Shown here: piece after piece, positions 45,141 to 54,551 of the stretch
How the letters are laid out: each line of letters opens with the position of its first letter
How positions within the stretch are numbered: position 1 is the stretch's first letter
From: Thermoplasmata archaeon
GTDB taxonomy: Archaea; Thermoplasmatota; Thermoplasmata; GCA-020350865
Direction of reading: 5' to 3'
Assembly (NCBI GenBank): GCA_020348445.1
Contig: CP070751.1
Coordinates: 4,956,303 to 5,020,302, forward strand
Length of the DNA: 64,000 nt
Notes under the pieces: generated by a model
Told to the model about the DNA's origin: nothing
Database searches by the model: none
Seen by the model: the letters and a program-made list of their open reading frames with translations, nothing else
Translations under genes and position numbers: made by a program

Positions 45141-46481
45141 CTAGACCTGTTTTCTAAAGATCAAAATGTTCTCCTTCTGAATCACATTGTAGAGTCCGAA
45201 GATGATCTTGTCCATGTTTTTTTCAAGTTTAAGGCCTATCTTCTCACAGTACTTTATAGTCTTATCCACGGTCCTTAGCTCTTGGCCCGAAATTGTTGCG
45301 TTGCCTATCACGATAACGCAGTATTTCCCGTTCTTCAAAACACGGTACATCTCGTCATAGCTTTTCTCCATATCTTTTTCGTAGAGTTCAACCTTTGTTT
45401 TAGCGGTTCCGCGAACTCCTATGAAGTCATCCTTTACCTTTTTAAGATCATAGCCTAGGGCCTCCAATGCATGGGCATCGTTTTTGACATAATCAAGGGC
45501 AATAGAGTATGGTGGAGAGGTAATTATTCCGTCCACACTTTCATCTTTCAATTTCAGGTTTCGCGCGTCACCGAAATTTATATCCACATTCCCCAAAGGA
45601 AGTTTCAATTCTTCAACCACTTTCTTGAAATCAAGTGTGGAGGAAAGCATCTTTTCCACGTTATTTTTAAAGGAGCCAAAAAAATCCTTTTTTCTTCTTC
45701 TGCTCCTGTCGCTGTGTGCGATCAGTTCTGCCACCTTGTAAAAGTTTCTTGCTTTTTTGTCTTTGATTTTGTTTATCATCTCGCCTAAGTTTCCAATCTT
45801 CGAGGGAGCGTCCTTATCGTAACTGTAGAGCGTGGGTTCTTTTCCTTCCTCAATTAAGGTATCCTTCATTTCCTCTATATTAGAAAGAGCATCAAGAGAT
45901 TCGGTCTTTACTTTGGAGATCAGAACACAGACCTGGGAGACATCTATTCCAATGGAGTTTATTCCTAAGAGTTGGCACTCCAAAGCCGTTGTCCCACTCC
46001 CGATAAAGGGATCAAGTATCACGTCCCCTTTTTTTATATCTATAACATTTAAAAGAGCACGTATCATCTGCGGGTGGTACTTACCCTTGTAGGGATAAAT
46101 CCAGTGGGTCAGGTATTGATTGGGCGAACGGGTGCGGTTGTAGCCCACTATTTTGGCGTAATCTGTTGTTTCTCCGTTGACCTTCTGAAAATAGGCTAGC
46201 CTGTTTTTGAGATAGCTGGTATCCTCTAGGGCTTTGCATTCGAAGGTTCTGAGATTGTCTGCAACAGAAAAATCCACCCCGAGGACTTGAAGCTCGTACT
46301 TTGCCAGGGCAAGCTCGTAGATGAATTGTACATTGTCGAATAGTGAAAGCTGCATAGGGTTTGATGAAGGGGAACTTTTAATATGTGTGCCGGAATTTAT
46401 TTTATGCATCTTCATTCTCCAAAGGTAAACATCACCCAATGTATTTGAGGATATATTATGGTTCTGAGATGATAACCCCAA
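45141..46481 (-). CDS. DNA methyltransferase (N4-C/N6-A type), apparently orphan
   Basis: Motif I 'ILDPFIGSGTT', catalytic motif IV 'IITSPPY', C-terminal 'ENILIFRK'. No adjacent nuclease-like ORF. The start is uncertain, with several in-frame ATGs in the first 45 codons. Confidence 0.8.
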   Translation of the reverse strand: MGLSSQNHNISSNTLGDVYLWRMKMHKINSGTHIKSSPSSNPMQLSLFDNVQFIYELALAKYELQVLGVDFSVADNLRTFECKALEDTSYLKNRLAYFQKVNGETTDYAKIVGYNRTRSPNQYLTHWIYPYKGKYHPQMIRALLNVIDIKKGDVILDPFIGSGTTALECQLLGINSIGIDVSQVCVLISKVKTESLDALSNIEEMKDTLIEEGKEPTLYSYDKDAPSKIGNLGEMINKIKDKKARNFYKVAELIAHSDRSRRRKKDFFGSFKNNVEKMLSSTLDFKKVVEELKLPLGNVDINFGDARNLKLKDESVDGIITSPPYSIALDYVKNDAHALEALGYDLKKVKDDFIGVRGTAKTKVELYEKDMEKSYDEMYRVLKNGKYCVIVIGNATISGQELRTVDKTIKYCEKIGLKLEKNMDKIIFGLYNVIQKENILIFRKQV

Positions 46482-46525
46482 CGTTTAAATCTCTGAAAGT
46501 GGTTTTAGAAGTTCCCTATTCAGAT

Positions 46526-46628
46526 CGCCGGGGTGACAGAGAGGCTATGTGGCGGACTGCAGATCCGCAGACGGGAGTTCAAATGTCTTGCCCCAATTTG
46601 GAGCGGACTTGAAAATCTCCCCCCCGGC
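46526..46628 (+). tRNA. tRNA-Cys (GCA) interrupted by a 32-nt intron in the T-loop
   Basis: Acceptor GCCGGGG (46526-32)/CCCCGGC (46621-27). Discriminator U (46628), as expected for tRNA-Cys. D-loop has GG. Anticodon stem GCGGA/TCCGC with loop CTGCAGA. T-stem GGGAG (46572-76)/CTCCC (46616-20). T-loop TTCAAAT is reconstituted after intron removal. No encoded CCA. Confidence 0.8.
46583..46614 (+). other. tRNA intron at a non-canonical position (about 59/60), BHB-like
   Basis: TTCA(A) 46577-81 pairs with (T)TGAA 46608-12. GTC 46584-86 pairs with GAC 46605-07. AAT bulges lie on opposite strands (46581-83 and 46613-15), flanked by the T-stem. The exact boundary is ambiguous within the AAAT redundancy. 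Confidence 0.65.
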
Positions 46629-46660
46629 TTCATACTGAGTTTGGATTTTGGGGATTTTGC

Positions 46661-48067
46661 ATGCTGAGAGTTTCCAACACCCTTTCGAAAACCAAGGAGG
46701 AGTTCATTCCCCTGGAAGGCAAAAAGGTCAAGATGTTTGTGTGCGGTCCAACAGTATACGACTACACGCACATAGGCCACGCCAAGTCCTACATAGGATT
46801 TGACGTCATTGCGAGGTACCTTCGATACCGGGGGTACGACCTGTTCTATCTCCAGAACATAACAGACATCGAGGACAGACTCATTAAACGGGCAAATGAA
46901 CAGGAAATTTCGGCCAAGGAACTTGCAGACGAATTTACAAAAAAATATTTTGATGATATGAATGACCTGAATGTCACGTCAGTGGACAAGTACGAGAACG
47001 CCACAGACTACATACCACAGATAATAGAGCAGATCCAGAAATTGGCTGAAAAGGGTTATGCGTACGAGATAGACGATGGAGTCTACTTTGACGTATCCAG
47101 GTTCGAGGAGTACGGCAAGCTCATTCACAGGAGCTTTGAGGATATAATGAAAGACGAGAAAGTTTCCAGGATAGAGCCAAATCCGCAAAAGCAAAACGAG
47201 ATAGATTTTTCCCTTTGGAAGAGGAAGAAACCAAATGAACCATCATGGGACTCTCCCTGGGGTGAAGGGAGACCTGGCTGGCATATTGAGGACACTGCCA
47301 TTTCCATTACCAACTTTGGGGCCCAGTACGACATTCACGGCGGCGGCGAGGATCTCATATTTCCGCATCACGAGGCAGAGATCGCCCAGGCAGAGGCCTT
47401 CACAGGGAGGGTGCCTTTCGTGAAGTATTGGCTGCACAACAGGTTCCTTAGAATCGAAGGACAGAAGATGTCCAAATCATTGGGAAATTATATAACAGCC
47501 AGAGAGGCCATTGATAAACACGGTGCAGAGGTCATCAGGTTCTTTTTCTCTTTCAATCCATACTACAGATTGATAGATTTCTCACATCATAAGATCGAGG
47601 AGGCGAAAGCCAAGCTTTCAAAGATAAGAAACACCACCGAGAACCTCCAGATACTTGCTGAGTCCGAAGGTGAAAAAGGTGTTGATGTCAGTGAATTGAT
47701 AAAAAAGACCAGGGAAAATATGATTTCTGCAATGGACGACAACTTCAATTCTGCAGATGCTCTGGCTGTGATCTTCGAGTTTATACGAAAAGTCAATGAC
47801 GAGATAAGGAAGAACGAAATAGATTCCGAAGGTGCCCAAGAGCTTTTAAATTTATTTGGAGAGTTCGAGGAGATATTTGGTGTTGTATTAGTGGTGAAAA
47901 GAGAGGAAAAACTCACACCTGAGCATGAGCAATTGATCAAAGAAAGGGAGGAGGCAAGGGCAAATAAGGACTGGGCCAAAGCAGACGAGATAAGAGATAA
48001 GCTCAAAGAACAAGGAATAGTCTTGGAGGATTCCCAGACAGGTTCTGTTTGGAAAAGAATCAAGTGA
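46661..48067 (+). CDS. cysS: Cysteine--tRNA ligase
   Basis: Class I motifs 'THIGHAKSY' (HIGH) and 'KMSKSLGN' (KMSKS); 'GWHIEDTA'; 468 aa. Confidence 0.95.
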   Translation: MLRVSNTLSKTKEEFIPLEGKKVKMFVCGPTVYDYTHIGHAKSYIGFDVIARYLRYRGYDLFYLQNITDIEDRLIKRANEQEISAKELADEFTKKYFDDMNDLNVTSVDKYENATDYIPQIIEQIQKLAEKGYAYEIDDGVYFDVSRFEEYGKLIHRSFEDIMKDEKVSRIEPNPQKQNEIDFSLWKRKKPNEPSWDSPWGEGRPGWHIEDTAISITNFGAQYDIHGGGEDLIFPHHEAEIAQAEAFTGRVPFVKYWLHNRFLRIEGQKMSKSLGNYITAREAIDKHGAEVIRFFFSFNPYYRLIDFSHHKIEEAKAKLSKIRNTTENLQILAESEGEKGVDVSELIKKTRENMISAMDDNFNSADALAVIFEFIRKVNDEIRKNEIDSEGAQELLNLFGEFEEIFGVVLVVKREEKLTPEHEQLIKEREEARANKDWAKADEIRDKLKEQGIVLEDSQTGSVWKRIK

Positions 48068-48069
48068 TT

Positions 48070-48354
48070 TTATCTTTTTAGAAAAAACTCCTCCATCTGG
48101 GCAATATAAGAGGGTCTGAGCATGGACCGATCCACTCTATTTATGTATGAGGCCTGTACCCTGGATATATAGAGAGTGTTTTCACCGACTTTGGTTGTAA
48201 CATCCGATGGTTTGGGCTGCTTCATCCATATGGGCAGTATCTCGGAGCCAAAGCATGATGTGCAGACTCGGAAGTCCTGATTATGTTCTTTTATGTATTC
48301 GATGATCTCGGGGTCTATCTCGATGCTTTTTTTGGAAGTGATCTGAATGAGCAT
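48070..48354 (-). CDS. Small Cys-motif hypothetical protein
   Basis: 94 aa with 'RVCTSCFGSE'. Lies 6 nt downstream of the crotonase gene on the same strand. Confidence 0.4.
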   Translation of the reverse strand: MLIQITSKKSIEIDPEIIEYIKEHNQDFRVCTSCFGSEILPIWMKQPKPSDVTTKVGENTLYISRVQASYINRVDRSMLRPSYIAQMEEFFLKR

Positions 48355-48360
48355 GTGTCA

Positions 48361-49152
48361 TCACCTGTTGTTGAAGTTGGGTTTTCTCTTCTCTAAAAAG
48401 GCGTTAAGTCCTTCGTTTTTATCCTCTGTTGCAAAGGCGAGGCCCTGGGTTTCTGCCTCGTAGGCCAGGCCCTTTTCAAGGGGCACGTTCAGGCCTGCGT
48501 TGATTGCCGATTTAACAAGGCGGATGGCGATCTGGCCGTTTTTAAGTATCTTTTGTGCCAGTCCTTTTGCCTCATCCATGAGGCTCTCTTGGGACACAAC
48601 CTTGTTCACGAGGCCGATTCTCTCTGCCTCTTTTGCGTCTATCATCTGGCCCGTGAAAATCAGCTCCTTGGCCTTGGCCGAACCTATTAGTCTTGGCAGT
48701 CTCTGTGTTCCTCCGAATCCCGGGTGAATGCCCAGTGTGACTTCTGGGAGGCCGAATTTGGCAGATTCTGAAGCCAGGATCATGTCGCAGGACAGTGCAA
48801 GCTCGCATCCTCCGCCCAGTGCGAAGCCGTTCACTGCGGCGATGGTGGGTTTTGGCAGGTTGTCGATGTCGGAAAAGACGCTCTGGCCAAAGTGCATGAA
48901 GTGTCTTGCCTCCATTGGAGTCATGTCCTTCATTTCCTTGATATCGGCCCCTGCCACGAAGGCCTTCTCACCTGATCCAGTGATTATTATAACACCCACA
49001 TCAGGATCGTTTCCCAGGGTAAAAACCGCGGTTCTCAGTTCGGAGAGAGTCTCGGAGTTGAGGGCGTTTAGGGCCTTTGGCCTGTTCATGGAGATGATGC
49101 CTATGTTGTTCTCCTTTTCAACTAAAATGTTCTTGAGTTCTGTTGGTTCCAT
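48361..49152 (-). CDS. Enoyl-CoA hydratase/crotonase family protein
   Basis: 'NRPKALNALN', 'ITGSGEKAFVAGADIKEM', 'GFALGGGCELALSCD'. The ATG at 49152 is preceded by 'GGGGAGG'. Confidence 0.85.
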   Translation of the reverse strand: MEPTELKNILVEKENNIGIISMNRPKALNALNSETLSELRTAVFTLGNDPDVGVIIITGSGEKAFVAGADIKEMKDMTPMEARHFMHFGQSVFSDIDNLPKPTIAAVNGFALGGGCELALSCDMILASESAKFGLPEVTLGIHPGFGGTQRLPRLIGSAKAKELIFTGQMIDAKEAERIGLVNKVVSQESLMDEAKGLAQKILKNGQIAIRLVKSAINAGLNVPLEKGLAYEAETQGLAFATEDKNEGLNAFLEKRKPNFNNR

Positions 49153-49250
49153 TTTCGTTCCTCCCCAATGCACAGAGTCATTATGTATTAGGCGAATAGT
49201 ATTTGGGGTATTTGGTCTTTTTTCTCATTTTGGGGGTTTTTTCGGGGATT

Positions 49251-51200
49251 TCACTCCTTTTTTTGATAAAACTCGTATTCCACTGAGAGATCCCAGGTGT
49301 TACCAGTATCGGGTTGGGTGAAAAAGCCGATTGGGCCTATAGAATGTTGATCCCCGCATTCACCGCAAATCACTGTAACTACGTATGTTCCTGTTCCTTC
49401 CTCAAAGACGGGTTTATCAGGATTGAACGAAATTGGAATTGTAATAGTCCCTGAGCTACTTGTGTCTGGTTCACTTTCGAAAAGTGTACCGTTAGGAGTT
49501 TCCACCGACAAAGAGAACTCATCAGGGTCGTTTTCATAGCCAGTATCTGCCGGTTCATCATTCCAGGTCAATGTAAATGAAATTGACTTGACGTTTTCCT
49601 CTTCGATAATAATTGTTACCTCGTCCTGGGAATTCTCACTTGCGTCTCCATCAAGGGCTAAGGGCTCTCCATCCATCAGGTCATAGCTATCAGCCCAATC
49701 GAAGGGGCCTCCGTCTTCTTCCTCCTCGATTTCGTAAAAAGTATCAGTTCCTCCAGCATATCCAACGCCGATCACGATTGGAATGAACATAAATGCGATT
49801 ACGGCAGTCACCATCTTAGACCACATACTGGTATCCTCTTTGAATGAGGGGTCCTCTTCCTTTGCGAGTTTGTTAATCCATCTATTATATAGAATGAAGC
49901 TTGCAAAAGTTAAAACTCCCACAGCCACGATCAGTGTACCAAATAATTTTGGCATGTGGGCACTCTCGACAAAATTTGAGTACCATACACCCATGATTGC
50001 TGGACCGACTACTATTCCCACTCCAGTTGCTACGAAAATCGCCCCCATGTAGATTGCAACCTTATCCTTAGGAGCGATCTTAGAAGTATATGCTATAAAG
50101 CCCGGGTGGACAATGAATTCACCAATAGAATATACTATTATTCCTGTTATAAATAATTCTACTGAATTACTTCCAAATGTCAGAAGAACCCCGATACAAT
50201 AGATTATTATCCCAACCATCATCACATTCAATGATTTGTACTTCTCAAGGAACTTTCCCAAACTCGGACCAACGACAATGATGGTACCTGGATTTATTAT
50301 TGCCAGCCATTGGACCGTAAACCAACCCGGCATTCGACGGAATTGAAGCATATAAATGGGAAGGAAACTGTGGTTCACAGCGTACATGAACCAGAAACCT
50401 GAATATATGATCAGTAAAGTTCTGAATTTCTTATCCTGAAGAGCGGGCATTATTTTTCTGAATGCCTGGGGGACGCTTAGATCACGCTGAGGTTCTATAG
50501 GATTTGAATACCAGACTAGGGTGATTCCCACATTAACACAGATCAATATCCCAGAGACAATGAATATGTAATAATAGCTATCCTCTGCTGGGAATGCAAA
50601 TCCTAAAATCAGCGGGAAAATAAAGGCCCCGAAATTAATGAACCAGTAATAAAGAGAATATGCCAAATTACGCTGTGCATCCTTTGTAACATGAGCAATG
50701 GTTGCTGAAATCAGGGGTTTAAAAGTGCCTGCACCGAATCCCATTAGAAGCAATGCAACAATAAAAAGTCCCAAGCTTCCTGCTCTCAGGGTCGAGGTCA
50801 TAAAATATCCTGATATCAACAGTACAAATGAAACCATTATCACCTGCCTGTAACCGAATTTCTCTGCAAGTGCTGAGGCAAATAAGGGCCAGAAGTACGA
50901 GAAAAATAACAGCATGGAGAATAAAAGGCCGATGGTAACAGCATCAATGCCTAGATTATGCGCCATGTGAACCGACATCACGGCAAGCATCCCATAGTAG
51001 GCCCCTCTCTCAAAAAGTTCTAATGCATCAGCCACCCAGTATAACTTAGGAAACTGACTAAAAAATCCCTTCTTCTCTTCCCCTTCCGGAGGCTCCAAAA
51101 CTTCTGCTTCTACAGGTTCAGCTTCAACAGGTTCTGCCTCAACCACTTCCTCCAAAGCTGTGACTTCGTACTCTTCCCTGTCTTTGTCCTCGTTGTCCAT
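49251..51200 (-). CDS. POT/PTR2-family (MFS) peptide transporter with acidic N-terminal repeat and C-terminal soluble beta-rich domain
   Basis: 'ALELFERGAYYGM' matches the POT ExxERFxYY motif. About 12 TM helices. N-terminal '(VEAEP)x3'. The C-terminal ~170 aa are non-membrane ('SISFTLTWNDEPADTGYENDPDEFSLSVETPNG'). Confidence 0.7.
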   Translation of the reverse strand: MDNEDKDREEYEVTALEEVVEAEPVEAEPVEAEVLEPPEGEEKKGFFSQFPKLYWVADALELFERGAYYGMLAVMSVHMAHNLGIDAVTIGLLFSMLLFFSYFWPLFASALAEKFGYRQVIMVSFVLLISGYFMTSTLRAGSLGLFIVALLLMGFGAGTFKPLISATIAHVTKDAQRNLAYSLYYWFINFGAFIFPLILGFAFPAEDSYYYIFIVSGILICVNVGITLVWYSNPIEPQRDLSVPQAFRKIMPALQDKKFRTLLIIYSGFWFMYAVNHSFLPIYMLQFRRMPGWFTVQWLAIINPGTIIVVGPSLGKFLEKYKSLNVMMVGIIIYCIGVLLTFGSNSVELFITGIIVYSIGEFIVHPGFIAYTSKIAPKDKVAIYMGAIFVATGVGIVVGPAIMGVWYSNFVESAHMPKLFGTLIVAVGVLTFASFILYNRWINKLAKEEDPSFKEDTSMWSKMVTAVIAFMFIPIVIGVGYAGGTDTFYEIEEEEDGGPFDWADSYDLMDGEPLALDGDASENSQDEVTIIIEEENVKSISFTLTWNDEPADTGYENDPDEFSLSVETPNGTLFESEPDTSSSGTITIPISFNPDKPVFEEGTGTYVVTVICGECGDQHSIGPIGFFTQPDTGNTWDLSVEYEFYQKKE

Positions 51201-51278
51201 CTCTAGAACTCCTGTAGAACCTCGATTGCCCCATAAGTGTATTCTGGGTAATACAAACTACAATTTAGCTTTTCCCTC

Positions 51279-53273
51279 TCATTCCTGTGCTTCCCCAAGC
51301 ACCTCAGCAACTGAGGGAAATAGTTTCATATCAGTATGCGGTAAAAACAATGCAGACGTGAACTCGTTGTAGAACATGTTATTCACAGAAAGCTCGATGT
51401 AGGTCATCATCTTGTAAATTCTCTGTGCCTCCTCCCTTGCGTCACGGGAAAGCAAGGCCAGCCTGGCCCCTCCCAGGGAACCGTTTCCTATGAATTCGTA
51501 CTTATCAAGAGGAACATCAGGGAACAAACCTAGCAAAATCGCCTTCTTCAAGTCGATATAATTTCCAAAACCTCCGGCTATGTATATCTTTTTCAAATCA
51601 TCGAATTTGTAGTTCATGCTCTTAAGAAGAACTGAGCAGCTCGCATAAACCGCGCCCTTGGTCCTTATGATGTTCTTGATGTCGGCCTCTGTGATTATAA
51701 TGTCCTTTCCAGCCGCCTCCTTCATCTCGATCTCGCCATCATCTCTTCTTACTGCTATCATGTCCCTTCCTAAGGAGGTTTCCTCAGCCCATGCCACGAC
51801 GAACTCCTTTCCCTCGTCCCCATGCCTTATTCTAGGCGAGGCAATATCATTTATGTTTCCACCCTTGTCTATTATGCCGTGCGTGAACAACTCGGCCAAA
51901 AGATCGATTAATCCCGAGCCGCAGATGCCCTTGGGTTTGATATCTCCTATGGTCTTGTAGAAGACCTTGATGTCCTTTCCTTCTCCACTCAATTCAGGAA
52001 TAACTGTCAACGCCACCTTCTCTATGGCTCCGAAAGAGGCACGCATGCCGTGCTGAACCTCCCCCCCTTCGAACGCGGGCCCTGCTGAGCAGGAGCAGGA
52101 GGCAAGCCAATCCTTGTTGCCAATAACAGCTTCACCATTTGTCCCCACATCGATTAAAAGGGAAAGCTCCTCCTTTTTGCTCATGCCGGATGCAAGGATA
52201 TCAGCAGTGATATCCCCGCCCACATAGCTTGCCCTGCAGGGCATGCAGTATACCACAGCCTCGGGATTTATCTCAAGGTTCAGATCCCTTGCTTTTATGG
52301 TGGGTATTAAACTGGCTGTTGGGATATACGGCTCCAGCCTGATGTGTTCGGGATCCAAAGATAAAAAGAGATGACTCATGGTGGTGTTCCCTGCGGTCAC
52401 GATGCCAGTTATTTCATCCTTGCAGGTGCCGTACTCGATGCCCCTTCTACAGACCTCGTCATCGAGGGTCAGTTTCTCGATTAGAAAGTTGATGGTCTCC
52501 ACGATGAGCTTGTTCAACCTGGCGAGTCCTCCTTCTTCCTCCTCTGCGTAGTTTATCCTGGCGAGGACATCCTCACCGCACACTATTTGCTTGTTGTAAT
52601 TGGATTGGGATGTTATGATCTCACCGCTGTTCAGATCTATAAGTGATACCACAACTGTCGTGGTTCCGATGTCTATAGCCAGTCCAAAATGCTTTTTCAC
52701 GGCGTCCTTTGGGCCTATGTAGATGATCTCGTTTCTGCCGTCCTCCTCAGCCACGGTGGCACTAACATCCCATAGGTTATCGCGCAGGATCTTGGCGCAA
52801 TTTCTCAGCAGTGTCAAAGATATCTTGGGATTTTCGATTTTTTCGTCAGCCAAACTTTTTTTAATGCGCTCCAGGTCGCTTAAGTTGTCCTCAAGGCTCG
52901 GAACTGGAAGTGCCAAGCGATATTTCCTGGTTAGGGGTGTGAGCATTTTCAAATCAATTTCCTTGGATTTTACCAGGATCTGATGTTTCGCAGCCCTTGA
53001 GATCTCGGGGATAAAGACCTCTATATCCCCCATGACGGCACTTTCGCATGCAAGAACCAGGTTGTTTTCCTTATCTTCCTTTGATAATAGTTCAGAATCC
53101 CGCGAAGACACATCCCCTTTTACCTGGACCTTACACTTTCCGCATTTACCCAGCCCCCCACAAACAGAATTGATGAACACATCGGCTTTTACTGCTGCAT
53201 TTAAAATCGTTTCACCGATTTCAACGTTTACATTCTTATCATCAGGCTGGAATGTTACGAGACAGTCTGCCAT
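51279..53273 (-). CDS. ASKHA-fold protein with N-terminal 2Fe-2S ferredoxin domain (RACo/COG3894-like corrinoid reductive activase family)
   Basis: Ferredoxin 'CGGLGKCGKCKV'. ASKHA phosphate motifs 'GLAIDIGTTTVV' and 'LIDVGTNGEAV'. About 660 aa. Confidence 0.7.
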   Translation of the reverse strand: MADCLVTFQPDDKNVNVEIGETILNAAVKADVFINSVCGGLGKCGKCKVQVKGDVSSRDSELLSKEDKENNLVLACESAVMGDIEVFIPEISRAAKHQILVKSKEIDLKMLTPLTRKYRLALPVPSLEDNLSDLERIKKSLADEKIENPKISLTLLRNCAKILRDNLWDVSATVAEEDGRNEIIYIGPKDAVKKHFGLAIDIGTTTVVVSLIDLNSGEIITSQSNYNKQIVCGEDVLARINYAEEEEGGLARLNKLIVETINFLIEKLTLDDEVCRRGIEYGTCKDEITGIVTAGNTTMSHLFLSLDPEHIRLEPYIPTASLIPTIKARDLNLEINPEAVVYCMPCRASYVGGDITADILASGMSKKEELSLLIDVGTNGEAVIGNKDWLASCSCSAGPAFEGGEVQHGMRASFGAIEKVALTVIPELSGEGKDIKVFYKTIGDIKPKGICGSGLIDLLAELFTHGIIDKGGNINDIASPRIRHGDEGKEFVVAWAEETSLGRDMIAVRRDDGEIEMKEAAGKDIIITEADIKNIIRTKGAVYASCSVLLKSMNYKFDDLKKIYIAGGFGNYIDLKKAILLGLFPDVPLDKYEFIGNGSLGGARLALLSRDAREEAQRIYKMMTYIELSVNNMFYNEFTSALFLPHTDMKLFPSVAEVLGEAQE

Positions 53274-53454
53274 CTACACTCCCTACAAGTTACTATACGA
53301 ATTGATAAGATAAAATGTTTTTGCATGTATCGATTTTTGTATACTATTTAACAAGCCCACGCCCCATATACGATCACAATTGAGACTTCGCACTGAACTG
53401 CCGAGCCGCAGGATAAATTCTATCTTGGCAAATCAACATTTTTTTGAATCCCAG

Positions 53455-54327
53455 CTATCCTTTTGTGCCCCTGGCCCATTCCCTTCTTCTCTCTTTGTTG
53501 GTCATCACAATTTCTTCTTCCTTGAATTCAGATTCAGCCTCGGCCAGATACTCGATGGCCTTAAGCAGCCCCACTTTGGAAGGGCTTCTTACATCCAAAC
53601 CTGCCCGCAAGAGCTCTTGGCGCAGCAATGTCATGGCCAGTCTATCGTCCTCGAATCCCTCACAGAAATCCACAATGATGGCGTCTGTTGCCCCAATCAG
53701 TGTTCCCCTGTCAGTATGCCTGTAGATTCCCTGGGCCACCAGATTTTCATACAACTCCGCAATCGGGTCCTTGGGTTTCTTTTCAGAAAGAACCATATAT
53801 CCAAGACTCTGAAAAATATTTTCAACGTTATCTCCCGTTTTCGCGCTTGTTGAATACGTTGTTTTGAGATTTAGGGGCAGATCATTTTCAACGCCAACAT
53901 TATATTTTGACGCAATCTTCTCCATTTCTTCGGGCTGGAAGGCATATTCGCCCTCCAGATCCTTTTTATTGCATGCAAAGACCAATGGAACATTATTAAC
54001 GACATTGAACAAAACTGGGATCCAATATCGCTCAAGGCTGTCAAGGGTTTCGCGCCTTGTTAGGTCGGCAACAAGAAAAGCACCGTGAACCCCTGAAAAT
54101 GTTCTTGAATGAAGTGCCGTATATCCCGCTCTACCCAGCACATCCCAGATCATGAGATTGAGGTCTACTTCCAGATCGCCTTTTGGAATGGTCAGGCTTT
54201 TTTTGGAAACTTTGGTACCGATGGTTGATATATATGAATCCTCGAACTTGTCGAAAACAAAACGCCGAATCATACTGGTCTTTCCTACGGCGCTGTCCCC
54301 CAAAAGGACAATTTTCTTTAAGACCAT
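53455..54327 (-). CDS. Rab/Ras-like small GTPase with ~110-aa C-terminal extension
   Basis: G1 'GDSAVGKTS', switch I 'SYISTIGT' (identical to the Rab 'SYISTIG'), G3 'WDVLGR', G4 'NKKD', G5 'TSAK'. Confidence 0.85.
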   Translation of the reverse strand: MVLKKIVLLGDSAVGKTSMIRRFVFDKFEDSYISTIGTKVSKKSLTIPKGDLEVDLNLMIWDVLGRAGYTALHSRTFSGVHGAFLVADLTRRETLDSLERYWIPVLFNVVNNVPLVFACNKKDLEGEYAFQPEEMEKIASKYNVGVENDLPLNLKTTYSTSAKTGDNVENIFQSLGYMVLSEKKPKDPIAELYENLVAQGIYRHTDRGTLIGATDAIIVDFCEGFEDDRLAMTLLRQELLRAGLDVRSPSKVGLLKAIEYLAEAESEFKEEEIVMTNKERRREWARGTKG

Positions 54328-54551
54328 AGTCTCTCCTCATCTCCGCTGATATATATTAGTAACACCGTATATAGATATTTCTTTACTTTGGTGAGATTTT
54401 TTTACTTTTAGAAAGAATAATTAAATCCTCCGGAGGTTGAGGGGATATCAGATTCCCCTTCACTTTCTAAACTTGTTTTTTCATCGTCCATAAAAAGTAT
54501 AAATTAACTTTTTCATATAAAGCGTCGTAACTTGACTTGGGGACAGACCTT

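Noticed and set aside
45141-46481. Methyltransferase considered as part of a restriction-modification system
   Set aside because: The neighbouring ORFs are a membrane-anchored wHTH protein and the tRNA-Cys/cysS locus. No nuclease-like (PD-(D/E)xK, HNH) ORF is adjacent, so it is called an orphan methyltransferase only.
46385-46780. ORFs 46385-46612 (+) and 46520-46780 (-)
   Set aside because: They overlap the tRNA-Cys gene and the cysS start. The region is fully explained by the tRNA and cysS.
47587-48063. 158-aa minus-strand ORF within cysS. Similar long antisense ORFs are 48728-49321 (197 aa), 58414-58923 (169 aa), 53380-53853 (157 aa) and 36422-36892 (156 aa).
   Set aside because: All are Ser/Leu-rich shadow ORFs opposite genes with unambiguous family motifs.
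54328-54551. Tiny minus-strand ORF 'MDDEKTSLESEGESDIPSTSGGFN' upstream of the formyltransferase-like gene
   Set aside because: It is too short and unsupported, and could equally be 5' UTR sequence.
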